From a virus, in the IMG/VR virus record IMGVR_UViG_3300020416_000001, positions 64,001 through 128,000 of that record: a DNA stretch of 64,000 nucleotides. The stretch is one strand, 5' to 3'. Positions 49,926 to 58,935 of the stretch are shown piece by piece (the stretch's first letter is position 1; each line of letters begins with the position of its first letter). Below the pieces are notes generated by a model. That model was given only the letters and a program-made list of their open reading frames with translations. It had not been told where the DNA came from and did no database searches. Position numbers and translations under genes: made by a program.

Positions 49926-51023
49926 ATGCCTTTCGATCCAATCCCACACACAACAGAAGACTTCTTCAACTATCTTACAGAGAACTTCGGTCCAGAAGTT
50001 TCTGTTCCTAATCTCCTTGCAGCATCAGATCACTTCAACTGTTCTCTTGCTACTGTAAAGAAAAGACTCAAGCAGTACAAGACAGGATACAACAAGTGGG
50101 AATTGACTGTCGCTGAGGCACGTAAGCAACTTGAGACAATCATTGCTCAACCTGACGTATCACTTGTTCCTTCAAAAGATCCTAACTACGTTCCTTTCGG
50201 TAACTACAGCACAATCAAGAAAGTTATCAAGAGTAAAGCATTCTACCCAACATATATCCAAGGTCTGTCAGGAAACGGTAAAACACTTGGTGTCGAACAA
50301 GTATGTGCGTCTCTAAATAGGGAGTTGATTCGCGTTAACATTACTATTGAGACCGACGAAGATGATCTTATTGGTGGTTTTCGTCTTGTTAATGGTGATA
50401 CTGTTTGGCACAACGGACCAGTCATCGATGCTCTGGAGAAAGGAACTGTGTTGCTTCTAGACGAAGTAGACCTTGCATCAAACAAGATTCTTTGTCTCCA
50501 GTCTGTCCTTGAGGGTAAAGGTGTATTCCTTAAGAAGATCGGTAAGTATGTCAAACCTGCCCCAGGATTCAACGTCATCGCAACTGCTAACACCAAAGGT
50601 AAAGGTTCTGATGACGGTCGTTTCGTAGGAACAAATGTTCTCAACGAAGCATTCCTTGAGCGTTTTGCTATCACTCTTGAACAGGACTATCCATCTGTAG
50701 TCACAGAAACCAAAATCCTTAAAGGTATCTGTGATGACGCTGACTTCTGCAAGCGTCTTGCTGACTGGGCATCTATCATCCGCAGGACATTTGCTGAAGG
50801 TGGTATCGATGAGTTGATCTCTACTCGTCGCTTGGTTCACATTGCAAAAGCATTCAACATCTTTGGTTCCAAGGAAGATGCTATCAAGTTCTCTATCAAT
50901 CGTTTTGATGAAGAGACAAAGCAAGCATTCTTTGAACTCTATGATAAGATTGACGCGGACTTCGCTCCCGAAGGAGACAAAGTTGTACCCTTGAGTGGTA
51001 ACGAGGATGTTGACTTAGGGTGA
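49926..51023 (+). CDS. cobS: MoxR/CobS-like AAA+ ATPase
   Basis: GLSGNGKT, LLLDEVD, TANTKGKG, AFLERF, STRRL; start reassigned to ATG 49926. Confidence 0.9.
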   Translation: MPFDPIPHTTEDFFNYLTENFGPEVSVPNLLAASDHFNCSLATVKKRLKQYKTGYNKWELTVAEARKQLETIIAQPDVSLVPSKDPNYVPFGNYSTIKKVIKSKAFYPTYIQGLSGNGKTLGVEQVCASLNRELIRVNITIETDEDDLIGGFRLVNGDTVWHNGPVIDALEKGTVLLLDEVDLASNKILCLQSVLEGKGVFLKKIGKYVKPAPGFNVIATANTKGKGSDDGRFVGTNVLNEAFLERFAITLEQDYPSVVTETKILKGICDDADFCKRLADWASIIRRTFAEGGIDELISTRRLVHIAKAFNIFGSKEDAIKFSINRFDEETKQAFFELYDKIDADFAPEGDKVVPLSGNEDVDLG

Positions 51024-51038
51024 TAACTCTGGTAAACT
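51010..51038 (+). promoter_or_regulatory. sigma70-type promoter
   Basis: TTGACT-17 nt-TAAACT. Confidence 0.65.
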
Positions 51039-51049
51039 AAAACTATCCT

Positions 51050-51214
51050 ATGGATCTACCTGTTAACGACAAAGAACTTGTCACTATCGTCGCTGCCCTT
51101 AAACTGGGTGGCGACACTGCCCTTCACAACAAACTAAAACTTGTTACTGAACTAAGAGCATTGGGTAAACCTTACAAAAAAATCTTACGAGAACAATACG
51201 GTTATGTCGTTTAA
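51050..51214 (+). CDS. 54-aa hypothetical protein (absent from the ORF track)
   Basis: MDLPVNDKELVTIVAALKLGGDTALHNKL. Confidence 0.65.
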   Translation: MDLPVNDKELVTIVAALKLGGDTALHNKLKLVTELRALGKPYKKILREQYGYVV

Positions 51215-51491
51215 GTATGAAGAGAGTGAAACTCTCGATCATTTGAAAGACTACATCAGCAACACATACAAAGGTCACTATTCAGCAGGCAACGATAAAA
51301 TTCAAACACTGGATTTAATTGAAGCGTGTGGTGATGCTGAGGCATTCTGTAGGAGCAACATCCTAAAGTATGCCTCTCGTTATGATAAGAAGGGTTCCGC
51401 CAAAATGGACCTTCTGAAAGTGATGCATTACGCAGTCCTTCTATACCACTTTTCACAAAAACAATCTATCACGGAAACTTACCCTCAATGA
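51204..51491 (+). CDS. DUF3310-like protein
   Basis: GHYS...IQTLD...FCRSNILKYASRYDKKG...DLLK..HY. Confidence 0.75.
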   Translation: MSFKYEESETLDHLKDYISNTYKGHYSAGNDKIQTLDLIEACGDAEAFCRSNILKYASRYDKKGSAKMDLLKVMHYAVLLYHFSQKQSITETYPQ

Positions 51492-52171
51492 GCACAGTAA
51501 AGATCTCCAAAAAAACTCAATCAATCCTTAAGAATTTTGCTACGATCAACAAGTCTATCGTTATCGATCCTGGTAGTAGGATCCGTACGATCTCTGTCAA
51601 CCGCAACATTTATGCTAGTGTCGAGGTTGCTGAAAAGTTCCCTCAGCAGGTCCCGATTTATGACCTCGGTCTGTTCCTCTCTGGTCTCTCACTCTTTGAG
51701 AGTCCGATTTTTGACTTCAGTGACCCTCAGAAACTTGAGATCAAAGATGAGATCCACCAAGCGAGGACGCAGTATTACTACTCTGATCCAGACATCATCA
51801 CAAAACCGCCGTCCAAAGAACTGGACATCCCTGGGGTAGATGTTGAATTTAATCTTCGTACTGATACTCTTGCTGATCTTCTCCGTGCTGCTTCCGTCTA
51901 CCAAGTGCCTGATCTATGTTTGTACAACGGTGGTGGGAACATTAACTTGATGGTATGTGACAAGAAGAATGAAACAAGCAATACATTCAGTGTCCCAGTT
52001 GGAACTCTTAACAATCCTGATGATGAGTTCTGTTACTGTTTCAAGGTAGAGAATCTTAGATTGCTCCCTGGAGATTACAAGGTTCGTATCGCTAAGAACA
52101 AGATCGGACACTTCCAATCTACAGGCACACCCCTTGAATACTACATCGCTCTAGAACCAAAAGGCAAATGA
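51488..52171 (+). CDS. gp45: sliding clamp gp45
   Basis: ILKNFATINKSI, IYDL..FL, YYIALE. Confidence 0.93.
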   Translation: MSTVKISKKTQSILKNFATINKSIVIDPGSRIRTISVNRNIYASVEVAEKFPQQVPIYDLGLFLSGLSLFESPIFDFSDPQKLEIKDEIHQARTQYYYSDPDIITKPPSKELDIPGVDVEFNLRTDTLADLLRAASVYQVPDLCLYNGGGNINLMVCDKKNETSNTFSVPVGTLNNPDDEFCYCFKVENLRLLPGDYKVRIAKNKIGHFQSTGTPLEYYIALEPKGK

Positions 52172-52740
52172 AGCAAACTGACCTCTTCAGAGTTCCAGTC
52201 TACATCCACTCAGTCCGTGACTGGGATAAGATCAAGGAATCATTCTTGAACAAGATTGACTGGAATGACCCTGAGTGTCAGGATCTAATGCAGGATGATT
52301 ACCTCAATGGCGGTTATAGTGATTTCCACAAATACTATGCTGCAGGTCGTAATGCAGATTATTATGACGAATTGATGACCATCCTGTCTCAACCGCTTCA
52401 AGAGTTTGCTAGTATGAACCCAGGAGCGTTTGTGACTAATGCGTGGTGCCAAAGGTATCCCGCTAACACTTGTCACTCTGCACACAATCACGGTGCAATC
52501 GGATACTCCTCTGTGTTCTATGCTCAACTGGGTAGAGCACATCAACCCACGTCATTCTTCTCACCGTTGATTGATCCGTGGTCTGGACAGATCGAATCGA
52601 TCAATCCACAATGTAGAGAGGGAGACATCATCTTCTTCCCTTCATATCTTATCCATCAATCGCAACCACATCGTGCTGCTGAGGATAAGATTATTTTTTC
52701 TTTCAATTTATATCTCTCTGGAGATACTATTTCATTATGA
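52168..52740 (+). CDS. putative 2OG-Fe(II) oxygenase
   Basis: AW...HNHG...SSVFY...EGDIIFFPSYLIH...IFSFN. Confidence 0.8.
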   Translation: MKQTDLFRVPVYIHSVRDWDKIKESFLNKIDWNDPECQDLMQDDYLNGGYSDFHKYYAAGRNADYYDELMTILSQPLQEFASMNPGAFVTNAWCQRYPANTCHSAHNHGAIGYSSVFYAQLGRAHQPTSFFSPLIDPWSGQIESINPQCREGDIIFFPSYLIHQSQPHRAAEDKIIFSFNLYLSGDTISL

Positions 52741-53678
52741 GTGATTTTCTTTGGTGCGAACAATATCGTCCTCGTAAGATTGACGATTGTATTTTGCCTG
52801 AGAATATCAAGAGTGTGCTAAGTAAGTTTGTAGAGTTAGGAGAGATTCCTAATCTTTTACTGTCTGGTCCTCCTGGTATTGGCAAGACCACAGTAGCGAA
52901 AGCATTGTGTGAACAACTAGAAGCAGATTATTATGTCATCAACGGATCAGACGAAGGAAGGTTCCTTGATACAGTCAGAAACAATGCAAAGAATTTTGCA
53001 TCGACCGTATCTCTTACTTCAACATCTAAACACAAAGTCATCATCATTGATGAGGCAGATAACACAACCCCTGATGTTCAACTCCTCCTCAGGGCAAGCA
53101 TTGAGGAGTTCAGTGGCAACTGTAGATTCATCTTCACTTGCAACTACAAAAACAAAATCATCGCACCCCTCCATTCTCGCTGCTCAGTTGTTGACTTCTC
53201 CATCACAGGAAAGCAAAAGCAACAACTCGCAGCAGAGTTTTTCAAGCGTGTCCAGTCCATCCTTGAAGAACAAAAGGTCACTGCAGAACCTCGCGTTCTG
53301 GCAGCGTTAGTACAAAAGTATTTCCCTGATTTCAGACGAACTCTAAATGAACTCCAACGTTATTCTTCCATTGGTAAGATTGACACTGGTGTTCTTGCTG
53401 CTGTATCTGATACTAAACTTGACGACCTAGTTACCTTCTTGAAGGGTAAAGAGTTTACCAAGATGAAGAAGTGGGTAGTACAGAATCTTGATAACGAACC
53501 CACACAGATTATGAGGAATGTTTATGACAGTCTCTATACATATCTGGCACCTCAGTCTATTCCTGAGGCAGTCCTTTTAATCGGTGAGTATCAATACAAG
53601 TCTGCATTTGTTGCAGATCAGGAAATCAATCTTGTTGCATTCCTTACTGAACTAATGATGAGGTGTCAATTCAAATGA
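52737..53678 (+). CDS. gp44: clamp loader large subunit gp44
   Basis: W.EQYRP, GPPGIGKTT, IIDEAD, LHSRC, FPDFRR. Confidence 0.97.
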   Translation: MSDFLWCEQYRPRKIDDCILPENIKSVLSKFVELGEIPNLLLSGPPGIGKTTVAKALCEQLEADYYVINGSDEGRFLDTVRNNAKNFASTVSLTSTSKHKVIIIDEADNTTPDVQLLLRASIEEFSGNCRFIFTCNYKNKIIAPLHSRCSVVDFSITGKQKQQLAAEFFKRVQSILEEQKVTAEPRVLAALVQKYFPDFRRTLNELQRYSSIGKIDTGVLAAVSDTKLDDLVTFLKGKEFTKMKKWVVQNLDNEPTQIMRNVYDSLYTYLAPQSIPEAVLLIGEYQYKSAFVADQEINLVAFLTELMMRCQFK

Positions 53679-54259
53679 AGACTAGACCACGAGAGTATCA
53701 CTTCGTAGATGCTCTGACTGATATTAGATCAGCAGTTTTGTTAATCGGACTCCACGGACCAAACCTTGTAGGTATGGAACTTGGGGTCTTTCGTGCAGAG
53801 AGTCATCTGACTATCCTGCAGAACTGTCCTAACGTGAAGAAGTTGTACGGTGTTGATAACTGGAGACCATATACTGACTGGATGAATCCTAACGGTGATG
53901 GTCCACTCAACTCCACAACTGAAGCACAGATGGAAACACACGAGTGGATTGCTAAACATCACATCAAGTGGTCTGGTGTAGCAGATCGTTCCGAACTTTG
54001 GAAGGGCAACACATCAGAACTACACGAAGAGGTGGATAACAATTCATTTGATTTTATATTCTTTGATGCTTGGTTAGACTACGAACAAGTTAAACGTGAA
54101 CTGACTGACTGGTATCCCAAACTTAAGAAGGGAGGTCTATGTATCGGTCACGATTATAACGCTGAAGCAGTGAATGTTGGTGTAGCAGAGTTCAGAGACA
54201 TAAATGATATTAACAAACATATGGCAACATATGATTCTATGTTCGCTTGGAGAAAATGA
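53675..54259 (+). CDS. class I SAM-dependent methyltransferase
   Basis: ELGVFRAES, GVDNW, FDFIFFDA, KLKKGGLCIGHDY. Confidence 0.85.
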   Translation: MKTRPREYHFVDALTDIRSAVLLIGLHGPNLVGMELGVFRAESHLTILQNCPNVKKLYGVDNWRPYTDWMNPNGDGPLNSTTEAQMETHEWIAKHHIKWSGVADRSELWKGNTSELHEEVDNNSFDFIFFDAWLDYEQVKRELTDWYPKLKKGGLCIGHDYNAEAVNVGVAEFRDINDINKHMATYDSMFAWRK

Positions 54260-54339
54260 ATCACATTGGATTAGAAGTTGTCTTCTGGACAACTATCACA
54301 GTTTACATTCTCGCTAGAGTAGGGGTCTTCAGAAAATGA
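54256..54339 (+). CDS. 27-aa membrane peptide (absent from the ORF track)
   Basis: ATGA overlaps at both ends; MNHIGLEVVFWTTITVYILARVGVFRK. Confidence 0.6.
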   Translation: MNHIGLEVVFWTTITVYILARVGVFRK

Positions 54340-55016
54340 AGAAACACCACATCTTTCCTATCGAGATCTTCACCTTTGAACGACCTGATCTCGTAGATCC
54401 TGTATTGGATGCACTTGATCCTATTGATCGTGGTATGTTTAACTTCCCACATCCTGTACAGTCAACTAAAGGTAACCTTCACAATATTCCTTCATTCAAA
54501 CCACTGGTTGATTGGATCGAGGAATGTATGGAAGAACTAAAGAAAGATCAAGAGTTTGAGATGTGGGGTAAGTTCGAAGTCTCTATGATGTGGGGCAACG
54601 TATCGATGCCTCGTAGCGAGGGTATGCATCAACCACACAGACACCCTCTTTCATACTGGTCAGGTGTCTTCAATCTTACTGAAGGACACCCTACGCAGTT
54701 CCAAGACCCCTGTTGGGTCCGCTCGTACAATCAGATGGAAATAGTCTCATCAGCATATAAGAACGCTTGTAGCGCCCCTGAGTGGCGTCCTGGGACATTG
54801 GTGATCTGGCCAAGTTGGTTGGTCCACTTCTCAACACCGCACGTGGGTGAAGAATACCGTGCAAACATTGCATTCAATGCAGTGCCGACTGGTCCTATTA
54901 ACTTCGGTCCTTTCGGACAAAATATGGTCAACTGGAAGTTGATCAAAGACGACCCTATTATGCATTCCGACCCAAATGAAAATAACAATGAAGAACACCA
55001 AGAAGGAAATGTTTGA
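54336..55016 (+). CDS. putative 2OG-Fe(II) oxygenase
   Basis: MWGN...HRHPLSYWSGVF...WPSWLVH...RANIAFN. Confidence 0.8.
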   Translation: MKKHHIFPIEIFTFERPDLVDPVLDALDPIDRGMFNFPHPVQSTKGNLHNIPSFKPLVDWIEECMEELKKDQEFEMWGKFEVSMMWGNVSMPRSEGMHQPHRHPLSYWSGVFNLTEGHPTQFQDPCWVRSYNQMEIVSSAYKNACSAPEWRPGTLVIWPSWLVHFSTPHVGEEYRANIAFNAVPTGPINFGPFGQNMVNWKLIKDDPIMHSDPNENNNEEHQEGNV

Positions 55017-55107
55017 GGAACTACAGAAAGTAGATACCTACAGACAAGAGCGTAACATTCTCACCTACTTGGCAATAACCTTTTTCGTAACCACCTGCTT
55101 GTTCTAA
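55009..55107 (+). CDS. 32-aa peptide with hydrophobic C-terminus
   Basis: AAGGA upstream; fills the gap between neighbours. Confidence 0.4.
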   Translation: MFEELQKVDTYRQERNILTYLAITFFVTTCLF

Positions 55108-55284
55108 ATGAAAATCGACAGATACTATGATCCATACGAAGATCTTGAAAGAGAGATCATTGCTGATCTAGAGTATGCAGCACAGAGAATTGGTGGTAAG
55201 ATGGAAAGAATCACCCGAGTAGATTCTCGTGGTAGATCTTCCAAAGTGATTACTATTGAATATGATGTTAACGAACCTGGGTGA
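55108..55284 (+). CDS. 58-aa hypothetical protein (absent from the ORF track)
   Basis: MKIDRYYDPY...DSRGRSSKVITIEYD. Confidence 0.65.
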   Translation: MKIDRYYDPYEDLEREIIADLEYAAQRIGGKMERITRVDSRGRSSKVITIEYDVNEPG

Positions 55285-55285
55285 A

Positions 55286-56125
55286 ATGAAATCTTATAAA
55301 ACTCCGCTGCGCTATCCAGGTGGTAAGTCACGTGCAGCAGCGAAGTTATATCCTAAGTTTCCAAACAACATCAAAGAATACAGAGAACCATTCCTAGGGG
55401 GTGGTTCTATGGCAATCTATTTTTCAAAAGCAAATCCAGACACACCTGTATGGGTAAATGACACATACTATTACCTGTACAACTTTTGGATTCAACTCCA
55501 AGATCGTGGGTATGATCTGAGTGATACATTGATGGCACTCAAGAACGCTCACGATACTAAGGAGAAAGCAAAAGATCTATTTCTCAAATGCAAGGCAGAC
55601 ATCGCCAACGTATCTGAGTTTCAACAAGCAATTTATTTCTACGTGCTTAATAAGTGTTCATTCTCTGGACTCACAGAGAACAGTTCATTTTCTAAGCAAG
55701 CATCTGTATCTAACTTCAGCAAGAAAGGAATCAAGAAACTTGCTCACTATCAACAGATCATTGAGCATTGGGAGATTACCAATGTTGACTATAGTGAACT
55801 GATGACAGATGAAAAAGATGTATTCTCCTTCTTAGATCCTCCATACGACATTAAAGATTTCTTGTATGGAACTAAAGGTGAAATGCACAAAGGATTTGAT
55901 CATCACAGATTTGCAAAGGTATGCAAAGAAACTACACAGGACTGGATGATCACCTATAATTCAAATGAGAACACTCGTGCTCTCTTCAGCGAGTATAATC
56001 AAGAAGAATGGGATCTCACATATACAATGAGATCTGTGGGCAACTACAACACCGAACAATCCAAACGTAAAGAACTTCTCGTCACCAACTATGTCAAAGC
56101 ACCACAAGGACTACCCTTTAACTGA
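55286..56125 (+). CDS. dam: Dam-family N6-adenine DNA methyltransferase
   Basis: TPLRYPGGKS, EPFLGGGS, FLDPPY. Confidence 0.92.
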   Translation: MKSYKTPLRYPGGKSRAAAKLYPKFPNNIKEYREPFLGGGSMAIYFSKANPDTPVWVNDTYYYLYNFWIQLQDRGYDLSDTLMALKNAHDTKEKAKDLFLKCKADIANVSEFQQAIYFYVLNKCSFSGLTENSSFSKQASVSNFSKKGIKKLAHYQQIIEHWEITNVDYSELMTDEKDVFSFLDPPYDIKDFLYGTKGEMHKGFDHHRFAKVCKETTQDWMITYNSNENTRALFSEYNQEEWDLTYTMRSVGNYNTEQSKRKELLVTNYVKAPQGLPFN

Positions 56126-56501
56126 TTACTTAAACAGTATCAATCATACTAAAGAAGATCTTCGTGAACGTGGAGACGACTGGATGAAGAAGTATCCTTC
56201 TTACATCGTCAACAAATGTTTGAGTGGATTCAAAGAGACAGTGCTATATGCTAATGCTGTCAATGAGTTCCACCAACTTGATAATGACCTTCAATATTCA
56301 TTTTATCTAAATAGTCTGAGAAAGAAACGCCGTTTCTCTCCCTGGCAACGTAAGGACAAGGTAGAACATCTTGACCTCATCAAAAAATACTTTAAGTATT
56401 CAGATGAAAAAGCACGGGATGCACTTAGAATTCTGACCAACGATCAGATTGAATTGATTAAATTAAAAATGAATACTGGAGGTAAAACCAATGGCAGGTG
56501 A
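56091..56501 (+). CDS. gp62: clamp loader small subunit gp62
   Basis: YLNSIN, YIVNKCLS, RKKRRFSPW. Confidence 0.9.
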   Translation: MSKHHKDYPLTDYLNSINHTKEDLRERGDDWMKKYPSYIVNKCLSGFKETVLYANAVNEFHQLDNDLQYSFYLNSLRKKRRFSPWQRKDKVEHLDLIKKYFKYSDEKARDALRILTNDQIELIKLKMNTGGKTNGR

Positions 56502-56913
56502 GATCGAGATTTCTTGGTCCCCCGATATGATGGTAGAGGTTAGTCTCAAGCAACCTGATGACTTTCTCAAAGTCAGAGAGACTCTTACTAGGATCGGTGT
56601 AGCATCGAGAAAAGAAAAGAAATTATTTCAGAGTTGTCATATTCTTCATAAGAAGGGCAAGTATTATATTGTCCACTTCAAGGAGTTGTTTGCGTTGGAT
56701 GGAAAGCACGCGAACCTAACTTCTAATGACGTAGAACGTCGTAACAGAATTACAAAACTCCTATCAGATTGGGGACTTGTAGGTATTGTTGATGAGGAGA
56801 TCGGTGAACTTGCACCGTTGAATCAGATCAAAGTTATTTCATATAAGGATAAGGGTGAGTGGATCCTAGAATCGAAGTATAATATAGGTAAGAAACGTAC
56901 AGTCTCAGAATAG
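56491..56913 (+). CDS. regA: translational repressor RegA
   Basis: DDFLKVRETLTRIGVAS, QSCHILHK, YYIVHFKELFALDG. Confidence 0.97.
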   Translation: MAGEIEISWSPDMMVEVSLKQPDDFLKVRETLTRIGVASRKEKKLFQSCHILHKKGKYYIVHFKELFALDGKHANLTSNDVERRNRITKLLSDWGLVGIVDEEIGELAPLNQIKVISYKDKGEWILESKYNIGKKRTVSE

Positions 56914-56920
56914 ATAAATA
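56913..56920 (+). promoter_or_regulatory. late promoter
   Basis: GATAAATA before 56943. Confidence 0.7.
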
Positions 56921-56942
56921 GGTCAGCAATCCATTCAGCACT

Positions 56943-57383
56943 ATGTCTGAGGAGAAGAAAACACCTCCTAAATCTGAAGAAAAACCAAAAGGTTTCTTCG
57001 GTCGTTTGAAGGAAGCATCTGAGGACAAAGAGGAACAACTGGCGATTCTCAGTACATTCGTGAGACTCGGCATTCTCATTTGGAGCGGAGGGATCCTGAC
57101 GTTAGCGTACGTTGATCTTCCCAAAGCACTAAATTTTCCCGAACAAGACCTCGATCCAACTTTCATAGCTAGCGTTTTCACGGGCGTTTTAGCTACATTT
57201 GGCGTCCAGACTGCCAAGAAGAATGGTAATGGAAATACCAATGGTAGTGTAGGTATTACAAAGGCAGATATGGAGAGACTCATCGAAGCAGCAGCACAAA
57301 GTGCACCTGCTCAAGTCATCCGTGTTGAACAAGCACCTTTGAAAATTACTACCGATGATAACCCTAAAAAGTATGATCTCTAA
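56943..57383 (+). CDS. two-TM membrane protein
   Basis: LAILSTFVRLGILIWSGGILTLAY and PTFIASVFTGVLATFGV, with charged termini. Confidence 0.75.
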   Translation: MSEEKKTPPKSEEKPKGFFGRLKEASEDKEEQLAILSTFVRLGILIWSGGILTLAYVDLPKALNFPEQDLDPTFIASVFTGVLATFGVQTAKKNGNGNTNGSVGITKADMERLIEAAAQSAPAQVIRVEQAPLKITTDDNPKKYDL

Positions 57384-57385
57384 TT

Positions 57386-57616
57386 ATGCAAAAAATTATT
57401 AACGTTCTGGTTGTATTCAACTTCCTATTCGCAGGTACTGTTACAGGTACTTTCGTATATACGTGGTTCAATCGTGAAACACTCGCTGAACAATCAAGAG
57501 AAAGACTTGCATCATTTGTTGCGGAAGCAGTCGGCAGTATGGTCCCAGGTCTTGTAGATAAAGGACTTCCTGATGTTACTGGTCCTGCAATTCCACCTAT
57601 CGGTCTACCAAAATGA
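57386..57616 (+). CDS. single-TM protein with Pro-rich tail
   Basis: MQKIINVLVVFNFLFAGTVTGTFVY. Confidence 0.7.
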   Translation: MQKIINVLVVFNFLFAGTVTGTFVYTWFNRETLAEQSRERLASFVAEAVGSMVPGLVDKGLPDVTGPAIPPIGLPK

Positions 57617-58149
57617 AATGGTTTTACGCTACTGCAGGTGTACTCTTAGGTGTATCACACCTTGGGATGATCGGCATCATAGCGAATAAACAAACCTTTC
57701 CACATCTCAACCCACCTGTAGGTCCTTATAGTTCCTACAGTGCTGAGGTTGGTAGAGAAGGATATAAGATCAATTATCAAGGAAATGATCCAAAGGTAAT
57801 GTCGGAAGACATTTACGTTAATAAGAGTGGTTTCTTTGGTAATAAATCTATCGTCACAAAATCTCACGAGTACACTATGGATGGCATCAGGCATCTAGGA
57901 GGTGAAGGCGTGGGAAAGTTGACTGCCAAAAAACTAGAATGTATCAAGGCGGAAGGTGGTGGAGAACAAACGGGCGCTGTGATCGGCGCTAGTGTAGGAA
58001 CCGCTGCTGCCCCTGCTCTATCAGGCATTCCATTTATAGGTCCAGTCCTAGCAGGAGGCATTGCACTCTTTGCAGGTAACAAGGGAGCAAATGTAGGTGG
58101 AGAAATCGCTGTCGCAATGGCAGACTGTGAAGAAGAATTAATTGACTGA
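57613..58149 (+). CDS. membrane protein with glycine zipper
   Basis: N-terminal TM; GAVIGASVG...IPFIGPVLAGG...GANVGG flanked by two Cys. Confidence 0.75.
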   Translation: MKWFYATAGVLLGVSHLGMIGIIANKQTFPHLNPPVGPYSSYSAEVGREGYKINYQGNDPKVMSEDIYVNKSGFFGNKSIVTKSHEYTMDGIRHLGGEGVGKLTAKKLECIKAEGGGEQTGAVIGASVGTAAAPALSGIPFIGPVLAGGIALFAGNKGANVGGEIAVAMADCEEELID

Positions 58150-58152
58150 TGA

Positions 58153-58935
58153 ATGGAAATCCCAGAGATCGGAACGAACGATATTAATATTCGTTCCTTG
58201 AACATACCTGAGATCCGATCTTATAGTTGGATCGAATCTATACCAAAAGCGATACCGATCTACCCACCTGTCACTCAAGAGTTAGGTACACCGATCATCA
58301 ATATCCCAGGTTGTGTAGAAGCACACGAACTTGATGATGGTAAGAATGAAAACCTAAAGTCAGATGACCCGAAGGGAGCGAAGGTGTATTGTGATGCTGC
58401 ATTGCCTTCGTTCTCCCCTATCGAGTACAACAAAGAGAAATTACAGTTCCAGTTGCCTGCTGTAGAGGCACCTAAGTTTGAGAATGAATCACCAGACCTT
58501 TCTGTACCAGAGACAAAGGTACCAAAGGTTGACTCACCTGAGTGTCCTACAAGGGCACAGGTATTAAAAAACCCCATAGGAAAGATCCTAGAGGGTAATA
58601 AAAAGATTGTTGCTTACGAGTTGGTAGGCAAAGAATGTATTGAAGTTACAGAGAAATTAAATATCACTGATCAAATTATTCAAAACATCCCTTCCCCTGG
58701 TTTGATAGTTACTACAGGTTCTATTGCTGCTGTTGCTGCCACCTCTGCGTTGCTCGCAAAACCGCTTGCCGATCTTCTTCTGAAAATTGTGAAACCTGCT
58801 GTGAAGAAGACGATTGGGAAGATTGGATCTCTGTTTGGACGGGTTCCGAAACGCCAATCTCAAAAGGACCGCCAAGATCTGCAGCGTTTGAGGACACGGG
58901 CACTTCGAGAGTTGAAGAGGATGAAGAAGAGATAG
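58153..58935 (+). CDS. Pro-rich protein with C-terminal TM and basic tail
   Basis: Two Cys pairs; LIVTTGSIAAVAATSALLA; K/R-rich end. Confidence 0.7.
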   Translation: MEIPEIGTNDINIRSLNIPEIRSYSWIESIPKAIPIYPPVTQELGTPIINIPGCVEAHELDDGKNENLKSDDPKGAKVYCDAALPSFSPIEYNKEKLQFQLPAVEAPKFENESPDLSVPETKVPKVDSPECPTRAQVLKNPIGKILEGNKKIVAYELVGKECIEVTEKLNITDQIIQNIPSPGLIVTTGSIAAVAATSALLAKPLADLLLKIVKPAVKKTIGKIGSLFGRVPKRQSQKDRQDLQRLRTRALRELKRMKKR

